A stretch of DNA of 55,213 nucleotides, from positions 1-55,213 of the forward strand of contig CAXAHI010000001.1 in NCBI GenBank assembly GCA_963968645.1. Reading direction: 5' to 3'. The stretch comes from an uncultured Gammaproteobacteria bacterium. Lineage in GTDB: Bacteria; Pseudomonadota; Gammaproteobacteria; Pseudomonadales; UBA7434. The notes below the pieces were generated by a model. It worked only from the letters and a program-made list of their open reading frames with translations, was not told where the DNA came from and made no database searches. The first letter of the stretch is position 1, and every line of letters starts with the position of its first letter. Made by a program: the position numbers and the translations under genes. Positions 12,074 through 23,500 of the stretch are shown piece by piece.

Positions 12074-12776
12074 TTAATAAAGCCGTTGATTGTTCTTCAA
12101 TCCAAGTTTCGACTTCATTAATTAATTGCTTAGCAGATTTATCTGCAGTGGTAATTGGCGTTCCAATAACAAAAGTAATTACACCTGCTTTTTTCTTTTG
12201 TTTATTTTGCCAATGAACACCCGCGTTGTGGGCGATAGGTAAGATCATTGATTCACTCGCTATAGCGAGATTTGCACCACTGCGAGCATAGCGGCCACGA
12301 TCTCCTGGTTTAACTCGCGTCCCCTCCGGAAAAATTAACACAGGGCGGCCCTGCTCTAAGCGTTTCAGTCCTATTGCTTGTACTTTACGCAGCGCATCTT
12401 TCGGCGATGAGCGATCAATCGCTATAGGTTCCATTTGCTTTAATGCCCAACCAAAAAACGGAATGCTAAGAAGTTCTTTTTTTAGGATTGTGCAAAGATG
12501 AGGGAAAATTGTTTGAAGGTAAAACGTTTCCCATTCTGATTGATGTTTACACATAATCACGCAAGGCGCTGATGGGATATTCTCTTGGCCAATAACATTA
12601 ACCCTAACGCCAATAAAGATACGCGCTGAGGCGACAATGATTCTATTCCAAAGAGAGATATAGGAAAATCTAAAGCGATAAGGCAGCCAAAAAATTAAGC
12701 TGCCTGTTAAGCCGAACCAAAAAAGGGATAGGTAATAGAAAAAATAAAAACATTTATTTTTTAAAAACAGTATCAC
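12054..12776 (-). CDS. 1-acyl-sn-glycerol-3-phosphate (lysophospholipid) acyltransferase family protein
   Basis: An N-terminal TM segment, the acyltransferase motif I variant HQSEWE and motif III FPEGTR. It occupies the same position after gyrB as the Pseudomonas LPA acyltransferase (from memory). Confidence 0.85.
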   Translation of the reverse strand: MILFLKNKCFYFFYYLSLFWFGLTGSLIFWLPYRFRFSYISLWNRIIVASARIFIGVRVNVIGQENIPSAPCVIMCKHQSEWETFYLQTIFPHLCTILKKELLSIPFFGWALKQMEPIAIDRSSPKDALRKVQAIGLKRLEQGRPVLIFPEGTRVKPGDRGRYARSGANLAIASESMILPIAHNAGVHWQNKQKKKAGVITFVIGTPITTADKSAKQLINEVETWIEEQSTALLTTAKDS

Positions 12777-12807
12777 GTTTAAAAGCCCTTAAAACCTTTT
12801 TGTCTAG

Positions 12808-14904
12808 TTAGCGTTTTTGAGGCGCGAGTAAAGAGATATCAGCAACGTGTAAAAATAAGGCCCGTAAACGCGACAATAATGCGAGTCGATTATTCTTTAA
12901 TGTTGGATCTTCTGCATTTACCATAACACCATCAAAGAAGGCATCAATACTGTCTTTAAGTTCAGTTAGTTTTAATAAGCCATCACGATAATTCGCCTGA
13001 TCAAAAAGCGGCTGAACTTCTGCCTCTTTTATTTCAATAGCGTTAGCGAGAGCTATTTCAGCGTCTTCAACAAGAAGTGCTTTATTGAAATCAGAAGCGC
13101 TCACTTTTACTTCCGATTTTTCAAGAATATTGCTAACGCGTTTATTGGCGCCAGCAAGACTTCCACTTTCACTGGTTTTAATAAATGCGGCAACGGCTTG
13201 TACGCGTGCATTAAAATCTAATGGGCTACTGAGCTTGTTGGCTTTAACGGCGGCAAACACCTCAACCGGCAAGCCTTGATCTTGATAAACCGCTGCGAAG
13301 CGATCAAATAAATAATCGACCACGCGTGCTGATGTTGCTTCAGGGTCTTTAATCGCTGCATGTTGTGCTACCGCGCGAGATACCCATTCATCAATATTTA
13401 ATGGCAGTTGGTTTTGCAAAATAATTTGTAAAATACCAATGGATGCACGGCGAAGAGCAAATGGATCTTTAGAGCCAGAGGGTTCTTGGCCTATGCCAAA
13501 AATACCCGTTAGTGTATCTAAGCGATCTGCGAGAGCCACTGCACAAGCAGTATTGCCCTGAGGCACTTGGTCGCCCGCGAATTTTGGTAAGTAGTGAGAT
13601 TTAATGGCATCGGCGACGGCATCGGATAGCCCTTCATTAGATGCATAGTAGCCACCAGCGGTACCCTGCATTTTATCAAATTCTAAAACCATATCGGAGG
13701 CAAGGTCAGCTTTACATAACTGTCCCGCTAATTTTGCTGCTTCAGCATCACTGGCATTTTGTGATGCTGCTAAACCTTCGGCAAGATGACCAATACGTTC
13801 GGTTTTCTCGAAAACCGTTCCAAGTTGCTTTTGAAAGACGATCGACTTTAAGCGATCTCTTAAAGATGCCATCGATAATTTTTTATCGGTTTCGAAAAAG
13901 AAGGCGGCATCGGCGAGTCTAGGGCGAATAACTCGTTCGTTACCACTTACGACTTTAGAAGGATCAATACTGTTGATGTTGCTGACAGTAATAAAGTTTG
14001 GAAGTAAGTCACCCGTTTTATCGACGATATGAAAATATTTTTGATGTTCACTCATTGAGTAAATGAGGGCTTCCTGAGGAACTGAAAGAAACTCGCTATC
14101 AAAGTTACCAATGAGGGCAAAGGGTTGCTCAACTAATGCAGTAACCTCATCGAGGAGCGCATCTTCAATAACGGCTACACCATTCACTTGTTGCGCTAAT
14201 TTAGTAACTTGCTCTTCGATAGCTTCACGACGCTTGTTGAAATCAGCAATAACATGACCTTCATCAAGCAATTGTTGTTCATAATTAAGAGCATCAGTAA
14301 TAATAATGGGGTCAGGTGAATGAAAACGATGACCATAACTCTGAGAGCCTGACTGTACTCCTAATAAAGTGCAGTTAACCGGTTCTGAATCTAATAGTGC
14401 AACAAGCCATTGCACAGGTCGAACAAATTCCGCTCGCGAAGTACCCCAACGCATACGCTTGGGAATAGGTAATGCATCTAAAGAAGCTGCAATAAGGCTT
14501 TCAAGTAATTCCGAGGTGGCCTTTCCTTTGGCGAGACTCCGAAATCCAAGACGCTCACCTTTATCAGTATCAATGGTAATTAGATCATCAAAACTAACAT
14601 CGTTACTGCGAGCAAAACCCTCAGCGGCTTTGCTTGGTTTGCCTTCTTTATCATAGGCAGCTGCAACGGCAGGGCCTAGTTTTTCAATATTTTTATCTGG
14701 CTGCTGAGTATCTAAATCAGAAATTAGAATAGCTAAACGACGAGGTGTGGCAAAGCTTTTGACGTTATCAGCATTAAAGTTTAAATCTGCGGCACGTAGG
14801 CCAGCCAATAGTCCTTGTTCAAAAGCAGCCGAAAGTGCTTTTAAAGCGGTTGGCGGTAATTCTTCTGTCCCTAATTCTATTAAACAGTTAGCGGTAGTAT
14901 TCAT
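12808..14904 (-). CDS. glyS: glycine--tRNA ligase beta subunit
   Basis: 698 aa beginning [11 protein letters not shown]. It overlaps the glyQ stop by 4 nt, the usual glyQS operon arrangement. Confidence 0.96.
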   Translation of the reverse strand: MNTTANCLIELGTEELPPTALKALSAAFEQGLLAGLRAADLNFNADNVKSFATPRRLAILISDLDTQQPDKNIEKLGPAVAAAYDKEGKPSKAAEGFARSNDVSFDDLITIDTDKGERLGFRSLAKGKATSELLESLIAASLDALPIPKRMRWGTSRAEFVRPVQWLVALLDSEPVNCTLLGVQSGSQSYGHRFHSPDPIIITDALNYEQQLLDEGHVIADFNKRREAIEEQVTKLAQQVNGVAVIEDALLDEVTALVEQPFALIGNFDSEFLSVPQEALIYSMSEHQKYFHIVDKTGDLLPNFITVSNINSIDPSKVVSGNERVIRPRLADAAFFFETDKKLSMASLRDRLKSIVFQKQLGTVFEKTERIGHLAEGLAASQNASDAEAAKLAGQLCKADLASDMVLEFDKMQGTAGGYYASNEGLSDAVADAIKSHYLPKFAGDQVPQGNTACAVALADRLDTLTGIFGIGQEPSGSKDPFALRRASIGILQIILQNQLPLNIDEWVSRAVAQHAAIKDPEATSARVVDYLFDRFAAVYQDQGLPVEVFAAVKANKLSSPLDFNARVQAVAAFIKTSESGSLAGANKRVSNILEKSEVKVSASDFNKALLVEDAEIALANAIEIKEAEVQPLFDQANYRDGLLKLTELKDSIDAFFDGVMVNAEDPTLKNNRLALLSRLRALFLHVADISLLAPQKR

Positions 14905-15941
14905 TGTCCCGCCTCCTTTTTCTTTTTCTGCTTAGTATTTTCTTTCTTTAACTTTTCTTTTTCAAATTTAGCGAGTGCAGCCAACTGTAACGATTCCTCT
15001 GCTAGTGGAAAGCCGAGTTCGGCACGTTTTTTGTAATAAGCTTCGGCAACGGCGCGCGCTAAAGTTCGGACGCGTAAAATAAATCGCTGTCTTTCGGTAA
15101 CTGAAATGGCATGCCTGGCATCAAGCAAATTAAACGCATGAGACGCTTTCATTACTTGTTCATATGCTGGTAATGGAAGATTGGCTTCAATTAACTTTTG
15201 GCTTTCTGTTTCACATTCATCGAAGTATTTAAAAAGAAAATCGACATTGGCATGTTCAAAATTGTAAGCCGACATTTCAACTTCATTTTGGTGGAACACA
15301 TCACCGTAGCTTACGCTACCTTGTGCATTTCTAGTCCAGACCAAATCATAGATGCTATCGACACCTTGCAAGTACATTGCAATTCTTTCAAGTCCGTAAG
15401 TGATCTCTCCAGTAACGGGATAACATTCAATGCCGCCGACTTGTTGAAAGTAAGTGAACTGTGTAACTTCCATACCGTTTAGCCAGATTTCCCAACCTAA
15501 GCCCCATGCGCCAAGCGTTGGTGATTCCCAGTTATCTTCAACGAAACGAATATCATGGACCTTTGGGTCAATACCGATTTCGTAGAGAGAGTCTAAATAC
15601 AATTGTTGAATATTATCTGGCGATGGCTTTAGCGCTACTTGAAATTGATAGTAGTGCTGTAATCGATTCGGGTTATCGCCATAGCGACCATCCGTTGGGC
15701 GACGGCAAGGCTGAACATAGGCAGCATTCCAAGTTTCAGGGCCAATAGAGCGTAAAAAAGTGGCTGGATGAAAAGTCCCCGCGCCTACTTCCATATCGAG
15801 CGGCTGTAAAATGACACAGCCATGCTTCGCCCAGTAATTTTGTAACGTTAATATCAACTCTTGGAATGTCAGAGCTTGATCTGACCCATTGGTTAGATTT
15901 TTATTGGCGCTATTCGCTGCACTGTTATTAGAATCAGACAC
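14901..15941 (-). CDS. glyQ: glycine--tRNA ligase alpha subunit
   Basis: Strongly conserved core: [33 protein letters not shown] and [15 protein letters not shown]. It has roughly 25 extra N-terminal residues and a Lys-rich C-terminal tail. Confidence 0.95.
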   Translation of the reverse strand: MSDSNNSAANSANKNLTNGSDQALTFQELILTLQNYWAKHGCVILQPLDMEVGAGTFHPATFLRSIGPETWNAAYVQPCRRPTDGRYGDNPNRLQHYYQFQVALKPSPDNIQQLYLDSLYEIGIDPKVHDIRFVEDNWESPTLGAWGLGWEIWLNGMEVTQFTYFQQVGGIECYPVTGEITYGLERIAMYLQGVDSIYDLVWTRNAQGSVSYGDVFHQNEVEMSAYNFEHANVDFLFKYFDECETESQKLIEANLPLPAYEQVMKASHAFNLLDARHAISVTERQRFILRVRTLARAVAEAYYKKRAELGFPLAEESLQLAALAKFEKEKLKKENTKQKKKKEAGQ

Positions 15942-16116
15942 TGCTTAAAATCACTCATGCTAAGAAATAGGAATAAAGCTAAACGACGCGGGCTTGCAAC
16001 AATACTTGTAGTAGTAATAGTTGCGGCCATTTTAAGCGCGCGATTATACCTTAATGGTGGTTTTTTTCTGCTCTTTTAAGAGCTATATGTAAAAGCCATA
16101 TCTAAAATTATAGACA

Positions 16117-17577
16117 TTATTTTCGCCAAAATGCAGGGGTAAATAGCACTAGCAATGTAAAGACTTCTAGGCGGCCTAATAACATTGCAAGACATAACAC
16201 CCATTTTGCCGCAGCTGGAATGTCGCCATAATGGGCGGCGACATCACCAAGGCCTGGACCGAGGTTGTTAATACTGGCACCCACGGCTGAAAAAGCGGTT
16301 AAAAAATCTAATCCCGTTGCTAGAATTAATAGCATCATAAAGATATAGACCAAAATATAAATAGCAAAGAAGCTCCATACGGCACCAATAACCCGATCAG
16401 AAACTGGCCGGTTACCAATTTTAATAGGAATAACCGCATTGGGATGAACAAGCCTTACGAGTTCTCTGTAACCCTGTTTGACGATTAACAGTACGCGAAT
16501 CACTTTCATGCCGCCGCCTGTCGAGCCTGCAGAGGCGCCCATAAATGCGAGCAAAAACATAAATACAGGAATAAAGGTTGGCCATTGAGTGTAATCACTA
16601 GAGGCAAAGCCGGTAGTGGTCGCTAAGGAGACAACCTGAAAAACACCTTGAACAATGCTCTCATGCCAGCTGAAGTTAAGCGTATTTCCGCCAAGCAGTA
16701 ATAAGCCAGCAACGACAATCACCATGGCAGAAACATTTATCAAAAGATAAAAACGGAACTCGGCGTCTTTGCTATACACCTTAATTGAGCGGTTATGATA
16801 TGAATAATAGTGCAAGGCAAAGTTGACGCCAGCTAACAACATATAAACTACAGCCACCGATAAAATAACAGGATTATCGAAATAGCCCATGCTGGCATCA
16901 TGCGTACTAAAACCACCTATCGCAACGGTTGAGAAACTATGCGCTAATGCATCAAAAGCCGACATGCCAGCAATCCAATAGGTGACGCCGCACCCTATGG
17001 TCATTAATACATAGATAGTAAATAACGCTTTTGCTGTACTAGTGATGCGCGGTGTGAGCTTCTGATCTTTCATCGGCCCTGGTGTTTCGGCCCTATACAA
17101 TTGCATACCACCTACGCCTAGCATTGGCAAAATAGCAATGGCGATAACGATAATACCAATGCCACCTAACCATTGAAGTTGTTGGCGATAGTAGAGAATA
17201 GATTTAGGCAAATCATCAAGGCCGGTAATGACAGTTGCACCGGTAGTGGTTAAACCAGAAATAGATTCAAAAATAGCATCGGTAATAGAGAGATTGGGTG
17301 CTTCAGATAAAAATAATGGCAGCGCACCGAAGAGCCCCAGTACTAACCAAAATAATGCGGTAATCAAAAATCCATCACGGGTTCTTAAGGTATGTTTAAT
17401 TTTTCTATTGGGCAACCAAAGTGCTGCACCGGTTGCAGCTGTTATTGCAAACGCGGAAACAAAAACATGAATCGTGTTATCACCAAACCATAATGCAAAC
17501 GGTATGGGAATAAGCATGGTTAAGCTGAATATTAATAACAGCAAACCCAGCAGCGCACCTATAATCGAAAAATGCAT
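16117..17577 (-). CDS. trkH: Trk-type potassium uptake protein TrkH
   Basis: 486-aa polytopic membrane protein with repeated TTTG/GG pore-loop-like motifs (GLTTTGAT, ATTTGFAS). It is adjacent to trkA. Confidence 0.92.
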   Translation of the reverse strand: MHFSIIGALLGLLLLIFSLTMLIPIPFALWFGDNTIHVFVSAFAITAATGAALWLPNRKIKHTLRTRDGFLITALFWLVLGLFGALPLFLSEAPNLSITDAIFESISGLTTTGATVITGLDDLPKSILYYRQQLQWLGGIGIIVIAIAILPMLGVGGMQLYRAETPGPMKDQKLTPRITSTAKALFTIYVLMTIGCGVTYWIAGMSAFDALAHSFSTVAIGGFSTHDASMGYFDNPVILSVAVVYMLLAGVNFALHYYSYHNRSIKVYSKDAEFRFYLLINVSAMVIVVAGLLLLGGNTLNFSWHESIVQGVFQVVSLATTTGFASSDYTQWPTFIPVFMFLLAFMGASAGSTGGGMKVIRVLLIVKQGYRELVRLVHPNAVIPIKIGNRPVSDRVIGAVWSFFAIYILVYIFMMLLILATGLDFLTAFSAVGASINNLGPGLGDVAAHYGDIPAAAKWVLCLAMLLGRLEVFTLLVLFTPAFWRK

Positions 17578-17636
17578 AAACGAGACAACCTCAATATGAC
17601 GAGCAAAAAAAGCTAAAAACTCTATTTTTATAGAGG

Positions 17637-19010
17637 TTAAAAGAAGCCAAGACCTACTTGGAATAAGGCTTCTACAGCGGGTATTTGCTTTTTGTCCGCC
17701 AAAAATACAATGACGTGATCATCGGTTTCAATCACCACATCACGATGTGCGATAAATACTTTTCCGTCTCTCACAATGGCGCCAATCCTAACGTCTTTAG
17801 GCGTTTCGATATCAGCTAAACATTTGCCAACCACTTTAGAGTTTTTACTATCACCATGGGCAATAATTTCTAGGGCTTCAGCTGCGCCGCGACGAAGTGA
17901 ATGAACAGCCGCCATATCGCCACGTCTAACATGGGTTAACAAGCTGCCTAAGGTAATTAACTGAGGCGCAAAGGCAATATCAATATCTTCTCCTTGCACT
18001 AAATCAACATAGGCAGGATTAGTAATAAGTGTAATCACTTTTCTGGCGCCTAACTTTTTGGCCAGCAACGAAGACATAATATTGGCTTCATCATCATTGG
18101 TTAATGCAATAAAGACATCAATGCTGTCGATATTTTCACTGTGCAGTAATTCAGTATCGGAAGCGCTGCCATGTAAGACGATAGTTTTATTTAATTGCTC
18201 AGACAGTGCTTCAGCACGTTTACCATTTTGCTCAATAATTTTTACTGAATATTGATTTTCGATCGCCTGCGCTAAACGTAAACCAATATTGCCGCCGCCA
18301 GCAATCATGATGCGATTATAGGGGCGACTTAGCTGCCCTAGTTCACGCATGACCGGACGAATATTTTCTTTAGCGGCTACATAAAAAACTTCGTCTAGCG
18401 GTTCTATTTCTGTAGTTCGTTCAGGTTTAATCGCTCTATCACCACGAAAGATGGCTGCTACACGGGCATCTTGTTTGGGCGTCATTTTTTTAATGTTATG
18501 CAAGGTTTCGCCAATAAATTTATCACCCGCTTGGGCACGAATGGCAACCAGTTGAACAGCACCATTGGCAAAGTCGATAACCTGTAATGCGCCAGGATAT
18601 TCAAGTAAGCCAATAATATGCTCGGTAACTAATTTTTCTGGCGCGATAATAACGTCGATTGGAATGGCGTCATTGGCAAATAAGGCTTTTTGCTCGACAT
18701 AGCTATTAGCGCGGATACGACAAATTTTGGTTGGCGTACGATAGATGGAGTGGGCGATTTGACAGGCAAGCATATTGATTTCATCAGAGCCAGTAACGGC
18801 AACCAACATATCGGCATCTTCTATACCGGCGCTTTGCAGCACGTCAGGGTGAGCTGCATGACCATTAATGACACCAATGTCGAGTTTGTCTTGTAACTCA
18901 CGCAGCCGCTGGCCGTCGCTATCGACAACGGTAATGTCCATTTTTTCATTGGCTAAACTTTCTGCTAATGTGCCGCCGACTTGCCCTGCACCCAATATCA
19001 CAATTTTCAT
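17637..19010 (-). CDS. trkA: Trk system potassium uptake protein TrkA (NAD-binding)
   Basis: 457 aa with two Rossmann RCK modules (ILGAGQVGG and IAGGGNIG). Confidence 0.95.
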   Translation of the reverse strand: MKIVILGAGQVGGTLAESLANEKMDITVVDSDGQRLRELQDKLDIGVINGHAAHPDVLQSAGIEDADMLVAVTGSDEINMLACQIAHSIYRTPTKICRIRANSYVEQKALFANDAIPIDVIIAPEKLVTEHIIGLLEYPGALQVIDFANGAVQLVAIRAQAGDKFIGETLHNIKKMTPKQDARVAAIFRGDRAIKPERTTEIEPLDEVFYVAAKENIRPVMRELGQLSRPYNRIMIAGGGNIGLRLAQAIENQYSVKIIEQNGKRAEALSEQLNKTIVLHGSASDTELLHSENIDSIDVFIALTNDDEANIMSSLLAKKLGARKVITLITNPAYVDLVQGEDIDIAFAPQLITLGSLLTHVRRGDMAAVHSLRRGAAEALEIIAHGDSKNSKVVGKCLADIETPKDVRIGAIVRDGKVFIAHRDVVIETDDHVIVFLADKKQIPAVEALFQVGLGFF

Positions 19011-19088
19011 GTTATCTGCTTTGTCTTATTTGTAGCTTGGATTAAATATCACCCACGCTGTCATTAAACGGCTATATGTTTAAGCGTA

Positions 19089-20432
19089 CTAAAGCGTGGC
19101 AGACTTGCTAAGTCTTGCGTAGAAAAAACCGCCGTTTTTGCCCTTATTTGGTAGTAGTTGGCGTCCTGACCCGCTGATAACACCCCATTGAGCATCAATC
19201 GGTAACGCTTTGGCCGAAGGCGTATCCATTAGGAATTTATCAATAACCGCTGCGTTCTCTTCCGGCATGATGGAGCAGGTGCAATACAGCAGCTGGCCGC
19301 CGTCTTTTAATAGTGGCCAAAGCTTATTAAGTAGAGTGCTTTGCTGCTCGGCAAACTGCGCTAAATCACCTGAGCGGCGCAAAAATTTAATATCTGGATG
19401 ATGGCTAATAATACCCGTGCCAGAACAAGGAGCATCGAGCAGAATACGGTCAAACTGCTGTTCGTCCCACCAAGTATCTGTATCACCTGCATCCGCGGTA
19501 ATGCAACGCGCTGAAAATTGGTATCTGGCGAGGTTCTCTTTCACTCTAAATAGGCGCTCACTACTGCTATCAATTGCGGTTAATGTACATTCTGGTGCTG
19601 ATTCTAGTGTATGGATGGTTTTTCCACCGGGTGCTGCACAGGCATCGAGTACTTGCATTGGGCCTTGAACATCAAGCAGTAAAGCCGCCAGTTGAGCGCC
19701 GGGATCTTGCACACTAACGGCGCCCTGCTCAAAGTGAGGTAATTCGCTTACAGCCACTGCTTGTATCAGTCGAAGCCCTGAGGGGCTATTGGGATCGAGT
19801 TCGGTTTCGATACCTGCGTCAGTTAATAGCTGTTGATATTCATCGCGGCTATTTTTAGCTAAATTGACACGCAGCGACATAGCTGGCGCGCTATTGTTGT
19901 AATCGAAAAGCGCCTGCGAATGTTCAGGCCAGTCTTTCTTTATTTTCTTAAATAGCCAGTTGGGATGACCAACATCGGCGGCAGGGCTTAATGGTTTTGT
20001 ATTACTTGGATCTGCTTGCTGACGTAAAAAATTTCTCAGCACAGCATTCACTAAGCCGCTCGCCCAAGGTTTTTTAAGCTTTTTTGCAGCATCAACGCTG
20101 GCACTAATGGCGGCATGATTGGGTGTGCGTAAATAAAGTAATTGATATAAACCGGTAAGAAGTAAGGCGTAGATGTCCGCATCTTTTTGGCTAAACGGTT
20201 TTTTGAGTAAGGGTTTTAATTGCGCATCCAAGCGATGAAAATGACGCAAGGTGCCAAAACAAAGTTCGCGATAAAAGGCGCGGTCTTTATTTTCGACGTC
20301 AGTATTACCCTGTGTTTTAGAATCAGAAGTGGGTTTAGTGTTAGAGAGCGCATCGATATCAGCAGAAAAAGATTCTCCCTGACTAATAACTCGAGCAAGG
20401 GCTTTGGCGGCTAGCGCGCGCACATCTTTCAT
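19089..20432 (-). CDS. rsmB: 16S rRNA (cytosine967-C5)-methyltransferase
   Basis: SAM motif DACAAPGGKT and catalytic LLDAPCSGTG. Sits in the conserved def-fmt-rsmB order. Confidence 0.94.
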   Translation of the reverse strand: MKDVRALAAKALARVISQGESFSADIDALSNTKPTSDSKTQGNTDVENKDRAFYRELCFGTLRHFHRLDAQLKPLLKKPFSQKDADIYALLLTGLYQLLYLRTPNHAAISASVDAAKKLKKPWASGLVNAVLRNFLRQQADPSNTKPLSPAADVGHPNWLFKKIKKDWPEHSQALFDYNNSAPAMSLRVNLAKNSRDEYQQLLTDAGIETELDPNSPSGLRLIQAVAVSELPHFEQGAVSVQDPGAQLAALLLDVQGPMQVLDACAAPGGKTIHTLESAPECTLTAIDSSSERLFRVKENLARYQFSARCITADAGDTDTWWDEQQFDRILLDAPCSGTGIISHHPDIKFLRRSGDLAQFAEQQSTLLNKLWPLLKDGGQLLYCTCSIMPEENAAVIDKFLMDTPSAKALPIDAQWGVISGSGRQLLPNKGKNGGFFYARLSKSATL

Positions 20433-20436
20433 TAAA

Positions 20437-21402
20437 TTATTGCTCGCTATCTATAGTTATAGGTGATGAAAAAAAATCGCCGATTTTAAAAAAGTCGGGC
20501 CTGCCATTAAGCAGTGCTGCAATGTCCATGGCCTTCGCTCCCGGTATTTGCAGCATAGAAATTTCAAGACAACTTTTATTACACTGTACGGTAATGGTTT
20601 TTTTATTAATGGCAACAACCGTACCCTCAGCAATATCTTTATTACTTGCTATAGGTGTAGCTCTAACGATGCGGATTCGTTGCTCATTTAAAAAAGTATG
20701 GCAGCCCATAGCCGAGGTAAACGCGCGAATTTTACGATCAATCTGCTCCGCCGATTCATGCCAGTTAATTAAGGCTTCTTTTTTATCAATTTTTACCGCG
20801 TAATTACTGTGGTTATCGTTTTGCGGTTCAGGCGCTAATGCTTGAGTATCAATGGCGGAGAGCGTTTTAAATAATAATGGAATGCCTAACGATATCATCT
20901 TACTGCGCAAACTGTCGCCAGTTTCGTCGGCAGTAATATCACAGGTCGATTTAAATAACATGTCTCCTGTATCTAAGCCTAGCGCCATTTGCATAATGGT
21001 AATGCCGGTGCTTGGGTCGCCAGCGATAATGGCTCTTTCGATAGGTGCTGCGCCGCGCCAGCGTGGCAATAAAGAGGCATGAATATTAATGCAGCCAAAT
21101 TTCGGTGTGTCTAATGCGGCCTGCGGAAGTAATAAGCCGTAAGCTGCAACAACCATTACATCGGCATTAAGTTGGGCGAGCGCTTGAAGTGCGTCTTCAT
21201 CTTTTAATGTCAGCGGTTGTAATACTGGAATGTTAGCTTGCTCGGCAATCTTTTTTACTGGCGAAGCTTGCAGTTTTTTACCTCGGCCAGAGCGGCGGTC
21301 TGGTTGTGTGTAAACAGCGACCACTTGATGCTGGCCTTGATCTAACAAGGCTTGTAAATGGTCTGCTGAAAATTGCGGAGTACCAGCAAAAATAATGCGC
21401 AA
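20437..21402 (-). CDS. fmt: methionyl-tRNA formyltransferase
   Basis: MRIIFAGTPQFS and HASLLPRWRGAAPI motifs, directly downstream of def. Confidence 0.96.
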   Translation of the reverse strand: MRIIFAGTPQFSADHLQALLDQGQHQVVAVYTQPDRRSGRGKKLQASPVKKIAEQANIPVLQPLTLKDEDALQALAQLNADVMVVAAYGLLLPQAALDTPKFGCINIHASLLPRWRGAAPIERAIIAGDPSTGITIMQMALGLDTGDMLFKSTCDITADETGDSLRSKMISLGIPLLFKTLSAIDTQALAPEPQNDNHSNYAVKIDKKEALINWHESAEQIDRKIRAFTSAMGCHTFLNEQRIRIVRATPIASNKDIAEGTVVAINKKTITVQCNKSCLEISMLQIPGAKAMDIAALLNGRPDFFKIGDFFSSPITIDSEQ

Positions 21403-21457
21403 GTGTTTACCTGTCGGTCAATGGCTTAAGTGATTAGCAAGGAAGTGAATAAATAAT

Positions 21458-21955
21458 TTAGCGGCGCTCTTTTTGCAATTTTTGTTTTATACGATTGCGC
21501 TTAAGGGCAGAAATATAATCGACAAACAGCTTGCCGTTAAGATGATCTATTTCATGTTGAATGCAAACAGCGAGCAATCCATCGGTGGTAATTTCAAAGG
21601 GCTCGCCTTTTTCATTTAATGCTTTTACTTTAACGCCTGTTGGCCGCGATACTTCTTCGTAGTATCCAGGTACTGATAAGCAACCTTCTGAATAACTGTG
21701 TAATTCAGGATCGAGCACTTCAATACTAGGATTAATAAAAACGAGTGGTGTGTCACGCTCTTCAGAAACATCAATTACAATGACCTGTCTATGTACGTTA
21801 ACTTGAGTAGCGGCAAGGCCAATACCTTCGGCGTCATACATCGTCTCAGTCATATCGCTAATTAATTGTTGAATACGTTCATCGACCTCTTTCACAGGAC
21901 GAGCAATCGTTCTGAGCTGAGGGTCGGGAAATTCTAAAATATCGAGTATGGCCAT
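21458..21955 (-). CDS. def: peptide deformylase
   Basis: The three PDF motifs are present: [17 protein letters not shown] and QHEIDHL. Confidence 0.97.
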   Translation of the reverse strand: MAILDILEFPDPQLRTIARPVKEVDERIQQLISDMTETMYDAEGIGLAATQVNVHRQVIVIDVSEERDTPLVFINPSIEVLDPELHSYSEGCLSVPGYYEEVSRPTGVKVKALNEKGEPFEITTDGLLAVCIQHEIDHLNGKLFVDYISALKRNRIKQKLQKERR

Positions 21956-22390
21956 GGTTTATCTATTTCTATTGATGAAATTTAGTTTTCTAAATTTGTG
22001 GTTTTTAGCGTTTTGCCTTTATCGGGCTTAATCAGCATCTATTCACCCTTGCAAGATATCACTAACACTTTTAATAGTGAGGGAATTTGTCCCTGACCAG
22101 ATTTGTGATGTGAATCAAACTTTATAGAGATGGCGATCACGTTGATGTGCGACCAGCCTGCAAAAATTTGTCATGGCCGCCATTTATAGGGAATGCTCAC
22201 CGCTGAGGCGGGTCATGACTGCTATATTATACAGATCGTGGCTAGAAGATTGCACCGGAAGTTTGCCAGTGTTAACCGAATAATAAACGGTTTTTTTGCA
22301 ACGATTGCCGCTCTTTTTTGTCGCAGTTACTTCAACTACACGATAAGAAGCAGTCACTTAGATCAATATTGGCTTGGAAAGGACATTCAA

Positions 22391-23416
22391 ATGAACAAAT
22401 TTTGGCTTGGCTTGGTTTTTTGTGCCGCCTTTATGCATGGGCAATGGGCTGCTGCAGAGCTTGAGTTGCGCGCTAATCACCCGGGTACTTACACAGTTAA
22501 AACTGGCGATACGCTATGGGATATCTCAGAAATGTATCTCAAAACGCCTTGGTTATGGCCAGAAATTTGGCAAGCTAACCCTCAAGTCGATAACCCTCAC
22601 CTCATTTATCCGGGTGATATTTTGTCGTTAATCTACTTAGATGGTAAGCCTCGTTTAGTCGTGAACCGTGGTTCGGTTAAGCTTAGCCCGCAAATGCGAA
22701 CATCGCCTTTGGGCGCCGCGATTCCCGCGATCCCGCTCGATGCCATAGGCTCTTTTCTATCGCGTAGCCGAGTCGTCGAAAAGGAGACGCTAAAAATTGC
22801 GCCTTATGTCTTAGCGGTTTCTGGCAATCGTATTATTAGTGCCGCCGGTGATCGCATTTATGCGCGCGGTGACTTTGATCCAACGACTAAATTTTATGGC
22901 ATTTATCGTGAAGGTGAGACCTTTGTTGATCCTGAAACACGCGAGAAACTCGGTATTCAAGCACTTGAGATTGGCACTGGTCGAATTGTCGCCGAAGATG
23001 AAGAAGAAGGTGTTACCAGTATTTTATTGAATAGCAGCAGCGAAGAAGTCCGAATTGGTGATCGATTTTTAGCCTTTGCCGATGAAGAAGTGAATTCGAT
23101 CTTTTACCCTAAAGCCCCTAATGGTGATATTGATGGGGTGATTATTGCGGTTGAAGGCGGTGTGGCTAGTATTGGTCGCTATGATGTTGTAGCCATTAAT
23201 CGTGGCGAGCGAGAAGGTTTGGCTACCGGTGATGTATTGGGAATTAACCAAGCAGGCAAGACTATCCGTGACCGAGTGGGTAAAGGGCGAGTGAATTTAC
23301 CCAGTGAGCGTGCAGGTCTGTTAATTGTTTTTAAAGTATTCGAGAAATTGAGCTACGGTCTTATTCTGGAAGCCGAGCGGCCATTATCTGTTTTTGATGA
23401 GGTCACTAACCCTTAG
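22391..23416 (+). CDS. tsaP: LysM peptidoglycan-binding protein, TsaP-like (type IV pilus secretin-associated protein family)
   Basis: The ATG at 22391 gives a signal peptide (MNKFWLGLVFCAAFMHGQWAAA) followed by a LysM domain (YTVKTGDTLWDISEMYL...IYPGDILSL). It is 341 aa and lies between def and dprA, as I recall for Pseudomonas PA0020/TsaP. The track's 66-codon upstream extension has no support. Confidence 0.7.
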   Translation: MNKFWLGLVFCAAFMHGQWAAAELELRANHPGTYTVKTGDTLWDISEMYLKTPWLWPEIWQANPQVDNPHLIYPGDILSLIYLDGKPRLVVNRGSVKLSPQMRTSPLGAAIPAIPLDAIGSFLSRSRVVEKETLKIAPYVLAVSGNRIISAAGDRIYARGDFDPTTKFYGIYREGETFVDPETREKLGIQALEIGTGRIVAEDEEEGVTSILLNSSSEEVRIGDRFLAFADEEVNSIFYPKAPNGDIDGVIIAVEGGVASIGRYDVVAINRGEREGLATGDVLGINQAGKTIRDRVGKGRVNLPSERAGLLIVFKVFEKLSYGLILEAERPLSVFDEVTNP

Positions 23417-23500
23417 TCGAATAAAGCAATTGAGAGTCTAAGCATGTAGGCTCTCAATTATTTGCCAGTATTTCCCATCAATATGGTCAAGGATGATCTT

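Noticed and set aside
22193-22390. 66-codon upstream extension of the LysM/TsaP-like ORF. Similar long N-terminal extensions occur at 31996 (coxB), 41239 (nuclease), 42281 (small secreted protein), 31631 (MATE), 29788 (yheV-like) and 48910 (VanZ-like).
   Set aside because: The extensions use non-ATG or poorly placed starts. They add sequence unlike homologue N-termini and would bury the signal peptides. Internal ATGs with RBS-like sequences fit better.
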